DNA of 64,000 nt from Anolis carolinensis. Taxonomy: Eukaryota. Shown piece after piece: positions 12,291 through 27,200 of the stretch. Every line of letters starts with the position of its first letter. The first letter of the stretch is position 1. The notes under the pieces were generated by a model, which did no database searches, was not told the DNA's origin, and saw only the letters and a list, made by a program, of their open reading frames with translations. The position numbers were made by a program, and so were the translations under genes. The DNA is taken from contig NC_085846.1 in the NCBI RefSeq assembly GCF_035594765.1, positions 40,473,190 to 40,537,189 of the forward strand, read 5' to 3'.

Positions 12291-15200
12291 GGCAGAAAAA
12301 ACATTCGGGAGGGGTTGAAACTTTTATCCCTCAAGATGACTTTTCAGGCCAGTGTCTCCTGATCTGGCTCAAGATCTCAACAAGCCCCTGAAATTACCTT
12401 CACTGTGCAAAGGTTTTTCACAGGTAATAGGTCCTGAATCATTGCTCCCTCTTAAAGCCAGTTCTTGTCGGTCACAAGGGATAATAGTTTCCACAATTGG
12501 CAGAAGTTTATTTCTGTTTTCTTCTGTTTTCTTATTTCTTTTCTTATGACGACGGGTTTCATCAGGACGTTTTCCACTGTGAATTAGCAAGAAGTTTTCA
12601 GCCAAGCACAAGTTCTGATGGTACTGTTTTTAAGTGTCTATCGAAGACTTCTATTGCATTTCCCCATCGCACCAATGGTTTAGCAGCCAATGTACCAAGC
12701 TGCTGCTGATCAGCCTTTACCCCCAACTCCCCCCCAAACACCACACCGTACTTACAGAACACACCTTGTACATTAAATGATTTGGGTTGAAAACTTAGGT
12801 GCCTCTTCTTACCCACAGGAAATACATATCCTGGCAATTTTGTGGATTTTGTATTGGTTGAGCTTTCACTTGGTTATCAGAAGCAGCCTTGTTCATATAA
12901 AGTCCAAAATCTAACAATGACACAGTTTCTTCTCTTCGCTTTTGTTCCATTGTTTCTTTGGCAGGGCTTAGTGGTGAACACCTCAGTCCCCCTCCACACA
13001 GCTGAATAAAATCCTACATTATCTGTTTTGAACTGGAATATATGGCAGAGTGGATTCAAATAACCCAGTTCAGACAAAATATGGTGGTATTTTCTGCCTT
13101 GATATTCTGTGATATAGGGCTGTGTGGAAGGGCCCTGAATCCACTATTGCTGCTATTGCAATGTAAATTGGTAGAAAGGTAGGTAATGATACTGTGAATA
13201 ATCAGCATTTGGTTGAGATAGTGCATGCAGTTCAGGAGGGATTCTAATTTTTGCTTCTCAAATACTTGGCATGGGGATTTGGTTAACCAGTTAAAATTCA
13301 TGAGTAAACCAGGTTTATTTTTACCTGAAAGTTTTTTGGGGTTGTTTAGACCCCTAAACTGCCCCCTTGGCTATGGGCTTCCTGCTCCCTGTCCCAGTGT
13401 GGAACTTCGAAGAAGGAAACAGCAGCGAGCAGCATTTCTTTCCCCTCAGAGTGAGGCAGCTTGGCTCATGGAAGGAGGAAGAAGCAATTTCTTATTTCAA
13501 TGCTTTCCAGGTGGGGTATGGGGACTCCCAAGTTGGACTGGGCTGTATCTGCACACTCTTTACCTGTGCCTCGAAATGTCTTTGTGGCCCTCGCTGAAGG
13601 AAGACACCATTGGCACCCCTTCTTCTGCCCTCATAGAATCACAGAATAATAATGGGCCCTCCCACACAGCCATATAAACCAGAATATCAAGGCAGATAAT
13701 CCACAATATTTGCTTTGAACTGAGTTATCTGAGGGCCCTTCCACACATATATGTGGCTATGTGGAAGGGCCCCCAGATGCAAGAAAGTTCAAACAGGAAT
13801 AGTTTGAACCAAATGGGAACCTCAGCGGAGGGAGAAAAGTTCAAATAGGATCCAGAAAGTCCAAATGATATTTGATAGTACCAGGATGAAAGGGAAAAGG
13901 GACATGGGAAAGGAAGGTGTATGAAAGTCTGGGACATACTTGAAAATCCTATAAAAACCCTCAACTGAGCTGTGTCTTGGTGTGGCACTTTCTTACACCG
14001 CTTCTACCCGCAGGTTCTGGTTTGCAAATAAAATCTATTTCTATCTCTATGCTTTCCGGCACCTCATTGGGAACCAGGTCATGGAGATTTCTCAGGTTGT
14101 ATTTTTAAAGGGGGAATACAATTAGGCTCCAAAACTTCCACCACACTCTGAGTCAGAGAGTTCCACTGTTGAACAGCTCTTACATTCATGAAATTCTTCC
14201 TAATGTTCAGGTAAAATCTCCTTTCCTGTCATTTGAACCCCTTGCTCCTAGTCCTAGTTTCCATGGCAGCAGAAAACAAGTCTTCTCCCTCTTCCTTATG
14301 ACACTCATTCACATATTTATACATGGCCATCGTGTTTCCTCTCAACCTTCTCTTCTGCAGGCTAAACATCCCCAGGTCTCCAGACCTTTTGATCATTTTA
14401 GTTGCCCTCCTCTGGACACTTTCCAGTTTTTCAATATCTCTTTTGAACTGTGGTGCCCAGAATTGGACACAGTATTCCAAGTGAGGTCTGACCAAAGCAG
14501 AATAGAGAGGCACCATGACTTCCTTGATCTAGACACTATACTCCTTTTGATGCAGCCTAAACTCCCATTGGCTTTTTAAGCTGCTGCATCACGCTGTTGG
14601 CTCATGTTCAACTTGTTGTCCACAAAAACTCCCAAGATCTTCCTCACGTGGACGGTTGTCCAGCCAGGCATCACCCATCCTGTATCTTTGCATTTCATTT
14701 TTTTCTGCCCAAGTGTAGTATCTTACATTTGTCCTTGTTGAAATGCATTTTGTTAGTTTTGGCCCAGCTCTCTAATCTGTTGAGTGAAGTTAATGGGATA
14801 CAAAATATAAAAAGGAGAAACGTCTAAAGATAATATTCTATTGACCAATTTCCTCATCTCCTTTGCTAATTCTCTCAAAATATTCATAAAAGGCAAATTT
14901 CTGGGGTTTTCTTCACTTTCTGAGTAATCTGTTTGTTTCCTTAATCACCTTTTCCCAATTCCTTTTTTTAAAAAAAAAATCAAATAATTTTTAATGAGTG
15001 AAGTTAATGGAATACAAATATAAAAAGGAGAAACATCTAAAGATAGTCAAATACATCTAATACAGGTATTTTGTTCCCCCAATCAGATACATTTATTTTC
15101 TTAATCCCTTTTTTCCAATTCCTTTTTAAAAAAAATTTATTGAGCCAAGTTAATGGAATACAAAATATACAAAGGGGAAACATCTAAAGATAGTCAAATA

Positions 15201-18200
15201 CATCGAATACAGATGTCATTCCCCTAAACAGATACATTTCAATATTCTGCCAAGTCTTTCCACTCCTGCCCCCACCTGTGAATCCACCACCCTTGACTTC
15301 TGACATTACTCACTGTGAGCTCCATATCTAATAACATATACCCTTATGTCTACTTCAGAAAGTTTCCCTTGTGGCTATTTTAAAGTCCAAATTTCTCTTC
15401 CATTTTTGTTATTATGTTTATTTATATCCTGCCTTTTCTCTCCATACGGAGACTCAAAGCGGCTCACAACTAAAAGTGTTGCAGTACAACTTAAAATATA
15501 TTAATATACAAGTATTAAAACAATATGAACATAATTAAAAGCATATAAAACCACAGTAGCCCCTGACAATTGTAAAAATCTTCTTTTTTAAAAGCCTGCC
15601 TGAATAAGGTTTTAGCCTGCTGCCGGAAGGACAGCCGGGAGGGGGCCATTCTGGCTTGCCTGAGCAGGGAGTTCCAGAGTTGCTTGAGATGGAGAAGGGA
15701 CTGAGAGAAGGGCCTCTCCTGAAGATCTTAGGGCCCGGTCAGGTTCTTACACGGGGATGTGGTTGGCCGAATAACCTGGACCTGAACCGTCTATGTATTC
15801 AAATGCTAGCCTCCATTTTTTAACAAACTCTTCATTATTTCTTCCCTGGATACCATTAGATAACTTGGCTATTTGAATATATGCTAATAACTTTTATCTT
15901 CAATCCTTTTTCTTTTTCACCTTTCCATGCTTTTGTTATTGTCATTCTAGCTGCAACAAAACTATCTTGACACATTTCCTCATTTCCCTTGCTAATTCTG
16001 TCTCTGAATATTCCTAAAAGGCACATTTCTGAATTTTTCTGAACTTTCTTAGTAATCGTTTTGTTTGTTTCCTTAAAAACCTTTTCCCAAAAATCTTCTA
16101 CTATCCAGCAGGTCCACCAAACATGGAAAAAAGTGCCTTTCTGCATCTTTCACCGCCAGCATTCCCCTAGCTGGGTTTTATCCATTTTGGCTATTGTCTC
16201 TGACGTTATATAGTATCTATAAAACATCTTATACATACTTTATTTGATGGAGAGAGCTATTGAGAATTTAAACCCACTTTTGCAAAGATGCTCCCAATTC
16301 TTCAGATCAATATTTTTCTCTTGATCTTTAGCCCAGGAGATCATAGCGATTTTTATTTGGTTGTCTCCTAGATTGTATTCTAGTGTATATTTATATAATC
16401 TAGAAACTAAGCCCTTATTCCCCTTCTCAAGAATACCTTCCAACGTCAATTTTCTGTTAGCAAACCCTACTTTAACATACTTCCTAAACTGATCATGCCA
16501 TTGATGGTAACAGATCCAGTCACTTATCCCTAGCTCATCTCTCGATTTTAATTTCCGTTGGTCTTTTTCTTTAGACACACCCTGTAAATTCTCATTTCCT
16601 CATTGGATGTTGGCTTAAGTACTGCTTCCAACTCCCACAATTCCTAAGAGCTAGTAGTTGAGGATCAAAACACCTGGTCCATGCTTGCCTTATAGGGACC
16701 AGGAAGGTGAAGAGATTTAAGGGGTTTTGTGTTTCATCTGACTTGGTTACTCTTCTTGAAGAGGATGGTTTTAATTTGGAATTGGGGATACAGAAGGAAG
16801 ACAACAGAGGCATGCTTTCTGCCCTCACAACAGTCCTTTCTTTCTGGCAGTTTACTTTTCTTCTACCAGGAAGGTGAAGAGAGTTAATGGGTTTTGTGTT
16901 TTATCTGACTTGGCTCCTTTTCCTGAAGAGAAAGGCTATATTTTGGAAGGGGATATATGGATGAAATAGAGGCATCTCTTCTGCACTCAGTCCTTTTCTT
17001 TCTGGAAGTTTGCCTTCCCTATACAGACCAGAAGGGTGGATGAAGGGAGTTAATAGATTTGTATAACAACATTTGGTATTCGTTGGTGGTCTCCCATTCA
17101 AACATTAATCATGGCTGACTCTGCTTAGCTTCCAAGTTTAGATGGGGTATTGTGCCTTCAGGATATTTAGACCATTACTGCAAGGACACTTTGATGTTAT
17201 TTGTCTGCTATACAACTTGTAGACGGGCCCTGTTAATGGTCCACTCCTTGTGTGTTTTATTCTTTCTATCCTGTACCTCACCCATTTAAACAACCATTTG
17301 AAAATCAATCCAGGCTGTCTCATCCTATTTCTGTGGGGAAAAAATGTGTCCAAATAGGTAGAATTCATTAAACCATTGGATTTTTCTGGCAAGATGAATG
17401 CAGGGCAGGAGTGTTTCCTCCTACTTATATAATGCCATAGTCATGAATTATGCAGGTCAAGCTGTTGTCTTGGCTGTTTTAAGACTCCTCTCCCTGAAGC
17501 CCATTTCTATTTAATTGTGGATAGAAGCAAGTAATGGAGAGCTGAGGCCAAGCTTGGAGGGTGAAGGATAGCCAGGCTACTTCTTGGTTGACATGAATCC
17601 TGGGTTGCATGGCCTGCCTGTCACAAAGCTCACAAAAGCTGCATCAACACTAATGCAGTTGGACAACACTTTAACTGCCATAGTTCAATTCTATGGAATC
17701 CTGGGATTTGTAGTTTGGTGTGACACAAGCAGTCTTTGACTAAGAAGACCAAACACCTTGTAAAACTACAACTTCAATAATTCCATACCATTGATCCTTG
17801 ACAGTTAACATGGTGCCAAACTGCATTAATTCTACAATATGGATGCACTCAACGATGACATAGATAAGCCCTTCAGGTATGTCTGTGCCTTGAAGTTAGC
17901 TGTACACTTATGGGAACCACATCACCATAGGGTTTTCTCGGGCAAGAATATTCAGAGATTGTTTTTTCAATCTCTTCCTATCAGATATAACCTCTAGCAC
18001 CTGGTATTTGCTGATGATCTCCCATCCAAATACTAATCAGACTAAGCTAAGCAGGAGCCTTCAAGATTGGACATGATCTGGTGACTTTATGATGTTTAGT
18101 TCCCCTATCCACCCAACTCATCTCCTGCCATTCTGGATGTCCATAAAAGCAGAAGAGATGCCTGTGTTTCTTCCTTCTGCATGCCCCTCTCATTGTGGTC

Positions 18201-21200
18201 ATCTTTTTTCAGGGGGAGGAGCCAAGTCAGTTGAGAAATGAAATACAAATTCCTTGACTTCCTTTATTAATTTTCCTGTTCCTGTAGGGAAGATATGTTT
18301 CCAGAAAGAAAATGTTGTCCATCTTGACTTAATGTGAGGGCTGGGTGTAAAGTCTGCTCAAAGAGCTGAGCTGTTGTTCTGATGCCATAAGCACGTAGCT
18401 ATAAGCTGGTCTAATTGATTTTTAGGAATCTTGTATTACCTATTCTGGGGGAGAGAAAAAACATACCCAAATTAATAACTTTCCCATGTCTGACCTTTGG
18501 ATAATTTTTGTGATGGCATTTTTTGATACATGCAAAAATTCAAGCCACACTTTGGGAGAGCTGGGTTAGGCCTAAATGGACTATAATCCAAGTGGAAAGG
18601 GAGGCTTCATCCCAAAAGGCCAGAATGAGGAGGAGCCACATCTTAATTTGAACCACAAACTCAGTGGGTTGAGAGAATTTGATCAGCCTTAAAACCCTTA
18701 ACTACTTCAGAAAGCTTGGTTTAACCGAGAGCTGGAATGCTGAGGGGAAAACAATCAGTCATACGTTTGCCCTTTTTGCACATACACGCAACACTCCTTT
18801 CTGTTTCTGAGTGTTTCTTTCATGCTTCTTTAGTCAGAAAGGCAGGCTCTGTCAAGAGGAACGGGATGGGACATGTTGAGGGAGTGCATCACTGCTGGCT
18901 GGCAGGAACTGGTATTTAGGTTTTTCCGTTTTTGTCTTTTCGAACTCCACAGGAGAGGAAGAGTTACCCTTCTCTTCGTGGGAGGGTAGAGTGGGATCTG
19001 AATTTTGACTGTCCAGAACCGTTTTTAAAAGGAGGGGGATAAATATGTACATTATTGGTCATTATTAATTTTGCCTTTTTGCAGGGCAGATTGTTTTTTT
19101 CTATCCAGTATCATTCAAACATATATAGTCTCATAAGCAGAAGGAGTATTTAAACATGTTTTCACTTCAGCATACTCTTAAGTAAGTGTGTCTAGGATAG
19201 ATTTTAGGCGGCCTTTATTATTCCTGGGAAAACTTGACAACTATTGCTATCTTAATATTTATCACTTGATCATTTAGTACAATTCTGACTGATCATTCCT
19301 CAGGAAACTCAACAACATAAGTGTCTTGGTGCCCCAATGTTGCAAGATATTTGAGGGAGGGCTCAGTCCTCAGTTCAAAACCCCTTACTCCTCTTTAATA
19401 TGTCTATATTAAAATGTTATAGATTTTAGTAGCCAACATACTGTTGCCTCTGTTGCATCGGCACTACATCTTGTCTGATCTCAAAAGATAAGCAGAGTCA
19501 GACCTAGTTCTTACTTGGAAGGGAGACTGCAAGGAATTACAGGATCTATAGTCTATAATCAGATGAAGGCAAGGTAATTTGGATTGTTGTTTACATGGTC
19601 TGATCTCAGAAGATAAGCAGAGTCAGAACTAGTTATTACTTGGAAGGGAGACTGCAAGGAATTACAGGATCTATAGTCTATAATCAGATGAAGGCAAGGT
19701 AATTTGGATTGTTGTTTACATGATTCTAATATGTTGTAAGCAGGATATTATTATTATTATTATTATTATTAATAATAATTGACACAACGACATATTATGA
19801 CACAGCAAACAAGATAGATATGCTGGATTTTGTTTATTATTATTATTATTATTATTACTATTATTATGTGAATAAATCTTACCAAAAAAAACCTTATGAT
19901 AGAGTCTCCATAAGAGAGATTACTTGAAGGCACACAACATTGTTGCTACACTTGCCAGTATGAGGTGACACTTACTTTTGAGTGGAGGCAAGAGAAGGTT
20001 CTCACTCATCTTGAGTAAGAAAGGAGCCAAGAGACAGCTGGGTAATTGGCAGGTTCGTTTGGACAGATTTTTCCCATCAGCTTATCCACATCTGCCTTTA
20101 CAGTGGAAAATGTCTAGCGCCAAGCATACCATTATGCTGTTTTTAATAGCCAGGGTTCTGATGGGGCTCATATCAAGTCCTTGTATAAAAGAGGAGTCTT
20201 GCTGGTTTAGAGTATGAGTTTGTTGATCAACCTGTTTCCAACAGAGACCAACTGACTATAGGAAGTTTGCAGTTGAATGTTGGTCCATCCCTGTCCCTTA
20301 GCTGCTTGCCCTCTTCTATCCTTAAGGCAGGTATACTAAGGAATGCCACATTTAATTTGAAGATATATTGAACTATCTTGATTCATTCCTGTTTTGTAAG
20401 AATACATCTCATTTCAGTTGAAAACCACCTAAAACAATTTCTTCTAACCTGGTGCAATTCTCATAATCTCAGGCCAAGGGCCATGATGGCAGATAATGGA
20501 ACTTTGGTCAAATGCATCTGGTAATGCACATGGTTGGAAAAGCCTGCTCAAATCTTATGGCCATTGCATCAGAAGGAAGCAATTGCGACATCTTAATGCT
20601 TGAATTTTGTCTGTCTGCAATTATTGCTAGCCAGTTTCAATGGCTGGCTTCATATTTTAGTATAGAAAAGATTTTTTTTCTACATTGCATTTAAATATAA
20701 TTATATAAATGTCATATACCTCCGGTGCTGTCTTTCCCCTCTGTTACAGAAACCTAAAGTTTTATCCTTTTCTCCAAAGGAAGGAACCCTTACCACTTAG
20801 CAATTGTTTTCCTAGTGGCAAAATGTGCCAAAGCAGTTCTTCAATAGGAATGCATTTGCCAGTTCAAAAGTTATCTTGTCAAGGTACAGAGACCAGATTC
20901 CAATCTGGTCATCTGATAATACCTGCCAGATGTGCTGCGGCGTTATCTGAAACCATGCCCCTCTCCCCTAGCTTCTTAGGGAAAGGGATTAAAGGAATGT
21001 CCACCTGGATTGGGTAAGTGTGGTCCATAGGAGGCATTCAGCCCATATCCACTTAGGGGGTTTCATGGGTAACAACAGAGAGGCAAAGCTGACGTGCAGA
21101 ACAGGTGGCAGTAATAGAACCTAAATGCCTCCTTTGATCAGAGGGGCAGAAGGCTGATTCAAGCCCAGTGGCTTTGTCTAAAGGTAGATGTCATCTAAGC

Positions 21201-24200
21201 AAAAGGGTTCAAAGCCAACAGTGCTTGGAACAGCAGCTTTTTGTCTCCTGTTATTCTGACAACTGTGCCTTTGAGTGACTTCATCCAGAGACTGTGCTTA
21301 CAAACAGCAAGGCTCTGTCAGCCTTTGAAAGAGTCACCATCTGACTTTTTAGGCACACATTTGTCTGTGCAGTGGCTTTGGTTCAGGTCCAGTGTTTGAG
21401 CCGTGTGATATATTCCAAGGGTTTCTGAGAGAGAAATGGAGGGAGGGGGGGTGCCAAATCATGAGAACAGTGTATCTACATTGTAGCAGTAACTGCCATA
21501 GCTTGATGCTAAGGAATCATGGAAGTTGTATTTTGGCGAGGCACCCAACACTCTTTGGCAGGGAAGGCTAAAGACCTTTTAAAGCTATAATTTCGATGAT
21601 TTCATATTTATTGAGCTACAGTGATGTCAACCTGTATTCTACAGTGTAGATGTACCCAATATTGCCAAGAGCCTGCTGGTTAGAATTTGACAGAAAAGCC
21701 CAGAATTGGCTTCTACTATGCACCTGTGAAATCCAGACATACCATGTATTTTGTGCAATTATAAGAAATTACCTAGGCTTTAGGCTTTATCGTGTTCTTT
21801 TTTGGGAAGGGACATCAAATGTGGAAAAAGTAGATTTGGGGCTGTCTTTTTTAAAATGTCTAAATTGTATTTTCTTTTTACAAAAAATATAGACTGGCCA
21901 GGTTTTTAGGCTTTTGTCAAAATTCTTCATAAACTAGCCACTAATTGCTAGAATCTGCTTCTCAAATACTTTCCCCCACCAGGTGGATTACTGAAATTTT
22001 TCACATGTGGCCAGTGGCAAGTTTCAAACAGGTGGAGGGGGGGGACAGGAAGAAGCTGAAATAAAAAGAGCAATGGAAAATGCTGCAGTAGTTGGAATTT
22101 GTCTATGAGTAATTGGTTCAGACCAATCCTCTGACCTGTGATTCTTCACAGCTTACTCTCAAGGGGATATGGTCTTCTTGTGAAGCAATGTTGACCAGGT
22201 CTTTCATTTAAGATGTGCAAAATGGTGCATAGTGATACTTCTATCTATCTGGACCTAGTATAATGAATCATGATGCAATCATGTTATCTAAAGGAGATAG
22301 CACGTTCTTTTAATAGCTAGTAGGAAATGTTGCCAAGTTGTATGATAATGTTTGTGTGCATGGGGTGGGAGTCAGGCAGTCATCCAGGTGTTGGACTGCT
22401 ATTCCCAGCATTCCCTTGCAGGCAAACAACACCTGGAAGACCACATAATTCATGGTTGCATGATTTTGGTTGCTTGATTGGCTTGTTTATATGTTTGTTG
22501 ATGTTTTTATTTGGTTGACTGTTTTGTTGGGCTTGGTCCTGTTGTAAGCTGGCCTGAGTCCCTTCGGGGAGATGGTGGTGAGATGCAAAAATAAAGCTTG
22601 TTGTTGTTGTTGTTGTTGTTATTATTACTTCCTCAATCAGCCACCTGTGCTAAACATGCCTAGCAAGCAAAGGACTCCATACTAACAATTCAGGCGGTGG
22701 AGATCATACGGGGGCCTTTGATTTCTCTCTTGGTCTAAATCACAGAGAAGCATACATTTTCTTTGAACCTCACAAGCTCCTAAACCAGTGGTTCTCAACC
22801 TCTGGATTCCCAGATGTTTTGGCCTTCAACTCCTAGAAATCCTAACAGCTGGTAAACTGGCTGGGATTTCTGAGAGTTGTAGGCCAAAACACATGGGGGC
22901 CCACGGGTTGAGAACCACTGTCCTAAACTAAATGGTGAGGGGCTGAAATACCGTAAGTATATTTCTGTCCAGGGGTAGGAACTATGTTGTGGCTTCTCAG
23001 AAAGGTGCTGTGACATGCCTAGTGCCAGTCACAGCACACGTTTTTGTTACTGATTTATTCATTCCTCAGGTACAGTAATGGGAACCATGTGTCCCCTCAG
23101 GTGTTGCTGATTGCCACCCCAAACATTCCTGACAATTGACTATGATGGTTCAGGAAAGTTGGATGTGCAGCCTTGCAATTTTAAAGAATTGCACGATTCC
23201 TATCTCTGCTGTTGTTGGTCACCAGTGCTTCAGATATTTCCAATAAGTAGTTTTAAAGTAGAACTCCTCTTCAGCTCTTGCCTCCATGACCTTTAGGGTT
23301 CTCTAAATTGAAACAGAGGAGAGCTGAGAGCTTCTTTTTTTTCGTGTCAGGAGCAACCTGAGTTGCTTCTGGAGTGAGAGAATTGGCCGTCTGCAAGGAC
23401 ATTGCCCAGGGGACGCCCAGATGTTTTTGATGTTTTACCATCCTTATGGGAGGCTTCTCTCATGTCCCCGCATGGAGCTGGAGCTGATAGAGGGAGCTCA
23501 TCCGCACTCTCCCCTGGTGGGATTCGAACCTGGCAGCCTTCAGGTCAACAACCCAACCTTCAAGTCACAAGGCTTTTATCCCCTAGGCCATTGAAAGCTG
23601 AGAGCTTCAAAGACCAGAGTATAATGTGGGTACAGAGTGGTTACTTTGTGAGAAAAGTTCAAAAGATTATAGAATAGGGCTAGGGACCATGTATATCTCT
23701 TACCAATAATCCCAGTTGGCATAGCCGGTGATGACAACAATTGGAGAGCTGCTCATCCTGTGTTTATGTAGCATAGAAATAAAGGAGAGCTCCTCAATCT
23801 TTGGATGCCTGGACAATTTCTTATGTGCTTCACTTCTTCTCCAGTAAGAAATGATTTTTATGATAGAATCCAGAAGCCTCTGTGCTTCTGGATGGGCTAA
23901 ATTTGAATGTCTAAAAAATGGTTGTAGAAGTCTAAAGGTGGGAGAGAACACAAAGACCATCCAGTCCAACCCTTGTCATGGATTCCAGATTCCACATTCT
24001 GTAAGCATTTGAGGGTGAAATTAATGCTTGTCAGCTTGAATACCACCCCCCCTTCCCTAGGCCTTTGCTTTATCTCTGAAATAATCCTGCCATATTGTGC
24101 TGATAGCTGCTGTCAATCTTGCTGTGCCTGCAGCACTGTGACAAATAAAATCCATGCCAACTTCAGCTGAGTTATAACAGGTGTTCTAATGCCAGAGGGC

Positions 24201-27200
24201 AAGTGGTGCCCAGTCCTTACTCAGTACCTGTTGCAGCAGCTCCCTGCTCCCCCTTACTTGGGTTGGCGTTATATTTAGTTTCTCTCTTCCTCCTCCCCGC
24301 TTTCCCTAGGAACAAGTCAAATGGACCTTTTGCTGTAGGGGGAGCAGCTCAGGGGCTTCTTTGTACTTTGTGTCCTGTACACTCTATCCATTCTCCTGAA
24401 TAGCATCTCAAATTTCCTTTAAATAATGAGTTAATTAACATTAATTGATACCTTGGCTTCCATTTAAAACATAAAAGCTGGCAGCAACAGCATTACGATA
24501 TCCAGCAATAGAAGAAAATTGTGGCAGTTTTTGCCATGTTTAAGGGAGTCCCCTTGAATTAGGTGCACGAGGTGGGGTTTCCTGTGCCATTTGCTGGAAC
24601 CTGTTTGTCCTTCTGACGTACCTCCCCCCCAACTTGGAAAGGAAGGAAACCTTGGCTACAATAGGACTTTGTTTGCCTGTATCTTATTCAGCCATGTGCT
24701 TGTGCAATTCTGCGCAGTCTGGAGCCCAACACCAAGGTCGCCTGAGGATAAAGGAACCCGTTCAGCTGCTGTAGCTTGCTGTGTGGTGTGTGTGTGTGTG
24801 TGTTCGCATGCAGGGAGGGGGAGATTGCTAGTCAGACTGTGGCCTGGGAGGAATAGTACAGCCGCCTGGGCAGCCTGGGAAAGTTGTAGATTAATAATTC
24901 ATTTCCTTGTGTGGTTGGGAAATGAGGTGGGTAGACGGCTTGCATGTACCAATGTTATTTTTATGAATTCCCAATCTCTCCTCCAGCTAGCCTCCTGCTT
25001 TTGAATATACAAACAATAATATTGCTGGGAAGAGGGTATTGTTGGAAAGGTTTCTTTCAAGGACTTGAATTCCTAGCATCCTTCAACAAAAATGAACAAT
25101 GCTGGCAGGGAGATTCTGAGAGTTGTCATCAGAACATGATTTTTCCATAATCTGCTCTTGAAATTGCCAATTTGGAAACCAAAGGGAGGGCTAATGCAGC
25201 TTTCCAGAGGTTGCTGGACTACTACTTCCAGCATTCCTCACTTTTTACTGTTGAACTGGGACTTGCAGTCTTAAGAATTTTTGGAGGACCACATGATTCC
25301 TACCCCTGCTGTAAAACTTTCCAGTCTGTCTTCTAAATCCCCTTACATTGGGATTTCTCACCCTGTTATCTGCAGCTCTTGAGTCCTAATGATATTTCAT
25401 ATTTCTCTTCCTCCTTTTGTGGTTTTACAGGGACCTACCTTGCAGGTGACTCTCACACAGCCAAGCAGTCGTGCCAGCAGTGGTTCTGAAAGGTGAGCAG
25501 TATAGTGGGTTGTGGGTGGGTGTGAGCAGGGAGGAGCTGGTACTCCAGTGGGGAGAATCATATGCATGTGTCCTGGAAGAGGTCTTGTCTATTATGCACA
25601 GTTAAAATTATAGCTTGTTGTCGTCACTGCATAGGAACTGTACAGTCTTTTGACTTAGGGCTTGGAAGAGTCTTTTTTTACACTACAATTCCCAGGATAC
25701 TAGGAGCTGTAGTTTGAAAATGAACATTTCCAAATTCTGGTCATAGCTTTTCACAGGTCCAGTTTATTATTAACTTCTCTTTTTAATGTTGTCAGGGCTT
25801 TTATCTCCAGGCCTTGAGTCAATAGTTTCTTAAACATGGAAGTAAAAGGTTGAGAAAATATTTTGAGCATATATGTGGCTAAAGCTTCCTTCAACAACAT
25901 AACAGGCCATCTGAATTGGATTTTCTTCTATTGCTGCATATATAGACACTGACATTAGTATCTTAAGTTTTAAGGGGAAAATTACAGTAGATTTTATTTT
26001 GAAAACTGTTGCACATTGAAACCTAGTCTTGGTGCTAAGATGAGTTATGGCAGGGGTTGGTTCCTATGAGGAAGAAATCTTGTTTTCCAAATGTGATGTC
26101 TTAATCTTAGACGTTGTGGGCTAGGCCGGTCTTGAAAATATATTTGCTTTCCTGAAAATGTTTCCTCTAACCACATTTGCCCAGGATGGCTATATAGTAA
26201 CATAGAGGATAATCTTCATGTGTTCAAAGACTCTCTGCTCTTCATAATTTTTATACATTATAGGATATAACTATTTTTCTCCCCATTCCTTTCACACATA
26301 ATGGCTATTCAGCCTTTGGCTGGGATGGCCCTAAACAACAATACCTGTATTCAGGGCCGTAGCCAGAAAAAAAATTCGGGAGGGGTTTTGAAAATTTCGG
26401 GGGGGGGGGGGGGTTTAACCCCTAGCACACACCCCTCCCTGCTACAAACCTGTCAATATCTGCTTGAGATAGTGCCTAGAGGGACTCTTAATGTTTTGTG
26501 TCTCATAGACTTAGCATGGGGATTTGGTTAACCAGTTAAAATTCATGAGTAAACCAGGTTTTTTTTATAACCTGAAAAATTTCGGGGGGGGGGGGGGTTG
26601 AACCCCTAAAACCACCCCCTCGCTACAGGCCTGCCTGTATTGTATCAAAAATTAGGGTTAAGCCCAGATGTTGGATGTTATCCCTGTGGCTCAGCCCTAA
26701 TCCAAGTGAATGCCTTTCAAGTGCAACAGTCCTCTTCACTCCTTAAGATTTTATTCCTTTTTCAGCTAGAAAGCAATGGCGGGAGATGAGATTTCATGGG
26801 AAGAATTCTGTGTAGTGACCACACACCTCCTGCCCTGCTTCCAAGCTAATAGTTCCCAGCTGGGTTGACGCTTAGCTATGGAGGAAGTTCTATCTCATCT
26901 CTTGCCAGGCAGGGTCTGGGAAAAAGCAGAGGGGATAGACATTTACTCGTTGGGGCTGAAGGCCCTGGGATTCTTCCTGTTCAGAGATAGGCAAGTGCAG
27001 AGAGTCAGGGAGTGGGGACCTGTCCCTCACTCTGTTGCAGTGTGTATGGGCTGGGAACTTGTGGGGGGAATGGAGATAGGATGTCCGAGGCCTAGTAGTG
27101 GAGCTAGGGCCATCTGCTTGGTAGAGGTAGGGCTTAGAGCAGAGGACATAAGGCAGGCCTGAGAATACCTCTTAAATCATTCTTTGTATTATACCAAATG

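Noticed and set aside
13775-14120. Possible truncated solo LTR (TATAAAA, AATAAA, ending ...ACA)
   Set aside because: No clear 5' TG end or TSD; insufficient support.
19466-19722. 5S rRNA genes
   Set aside because: Truncated, heavily diverged and followed by SINE-like body sequence; not functional rRNA.
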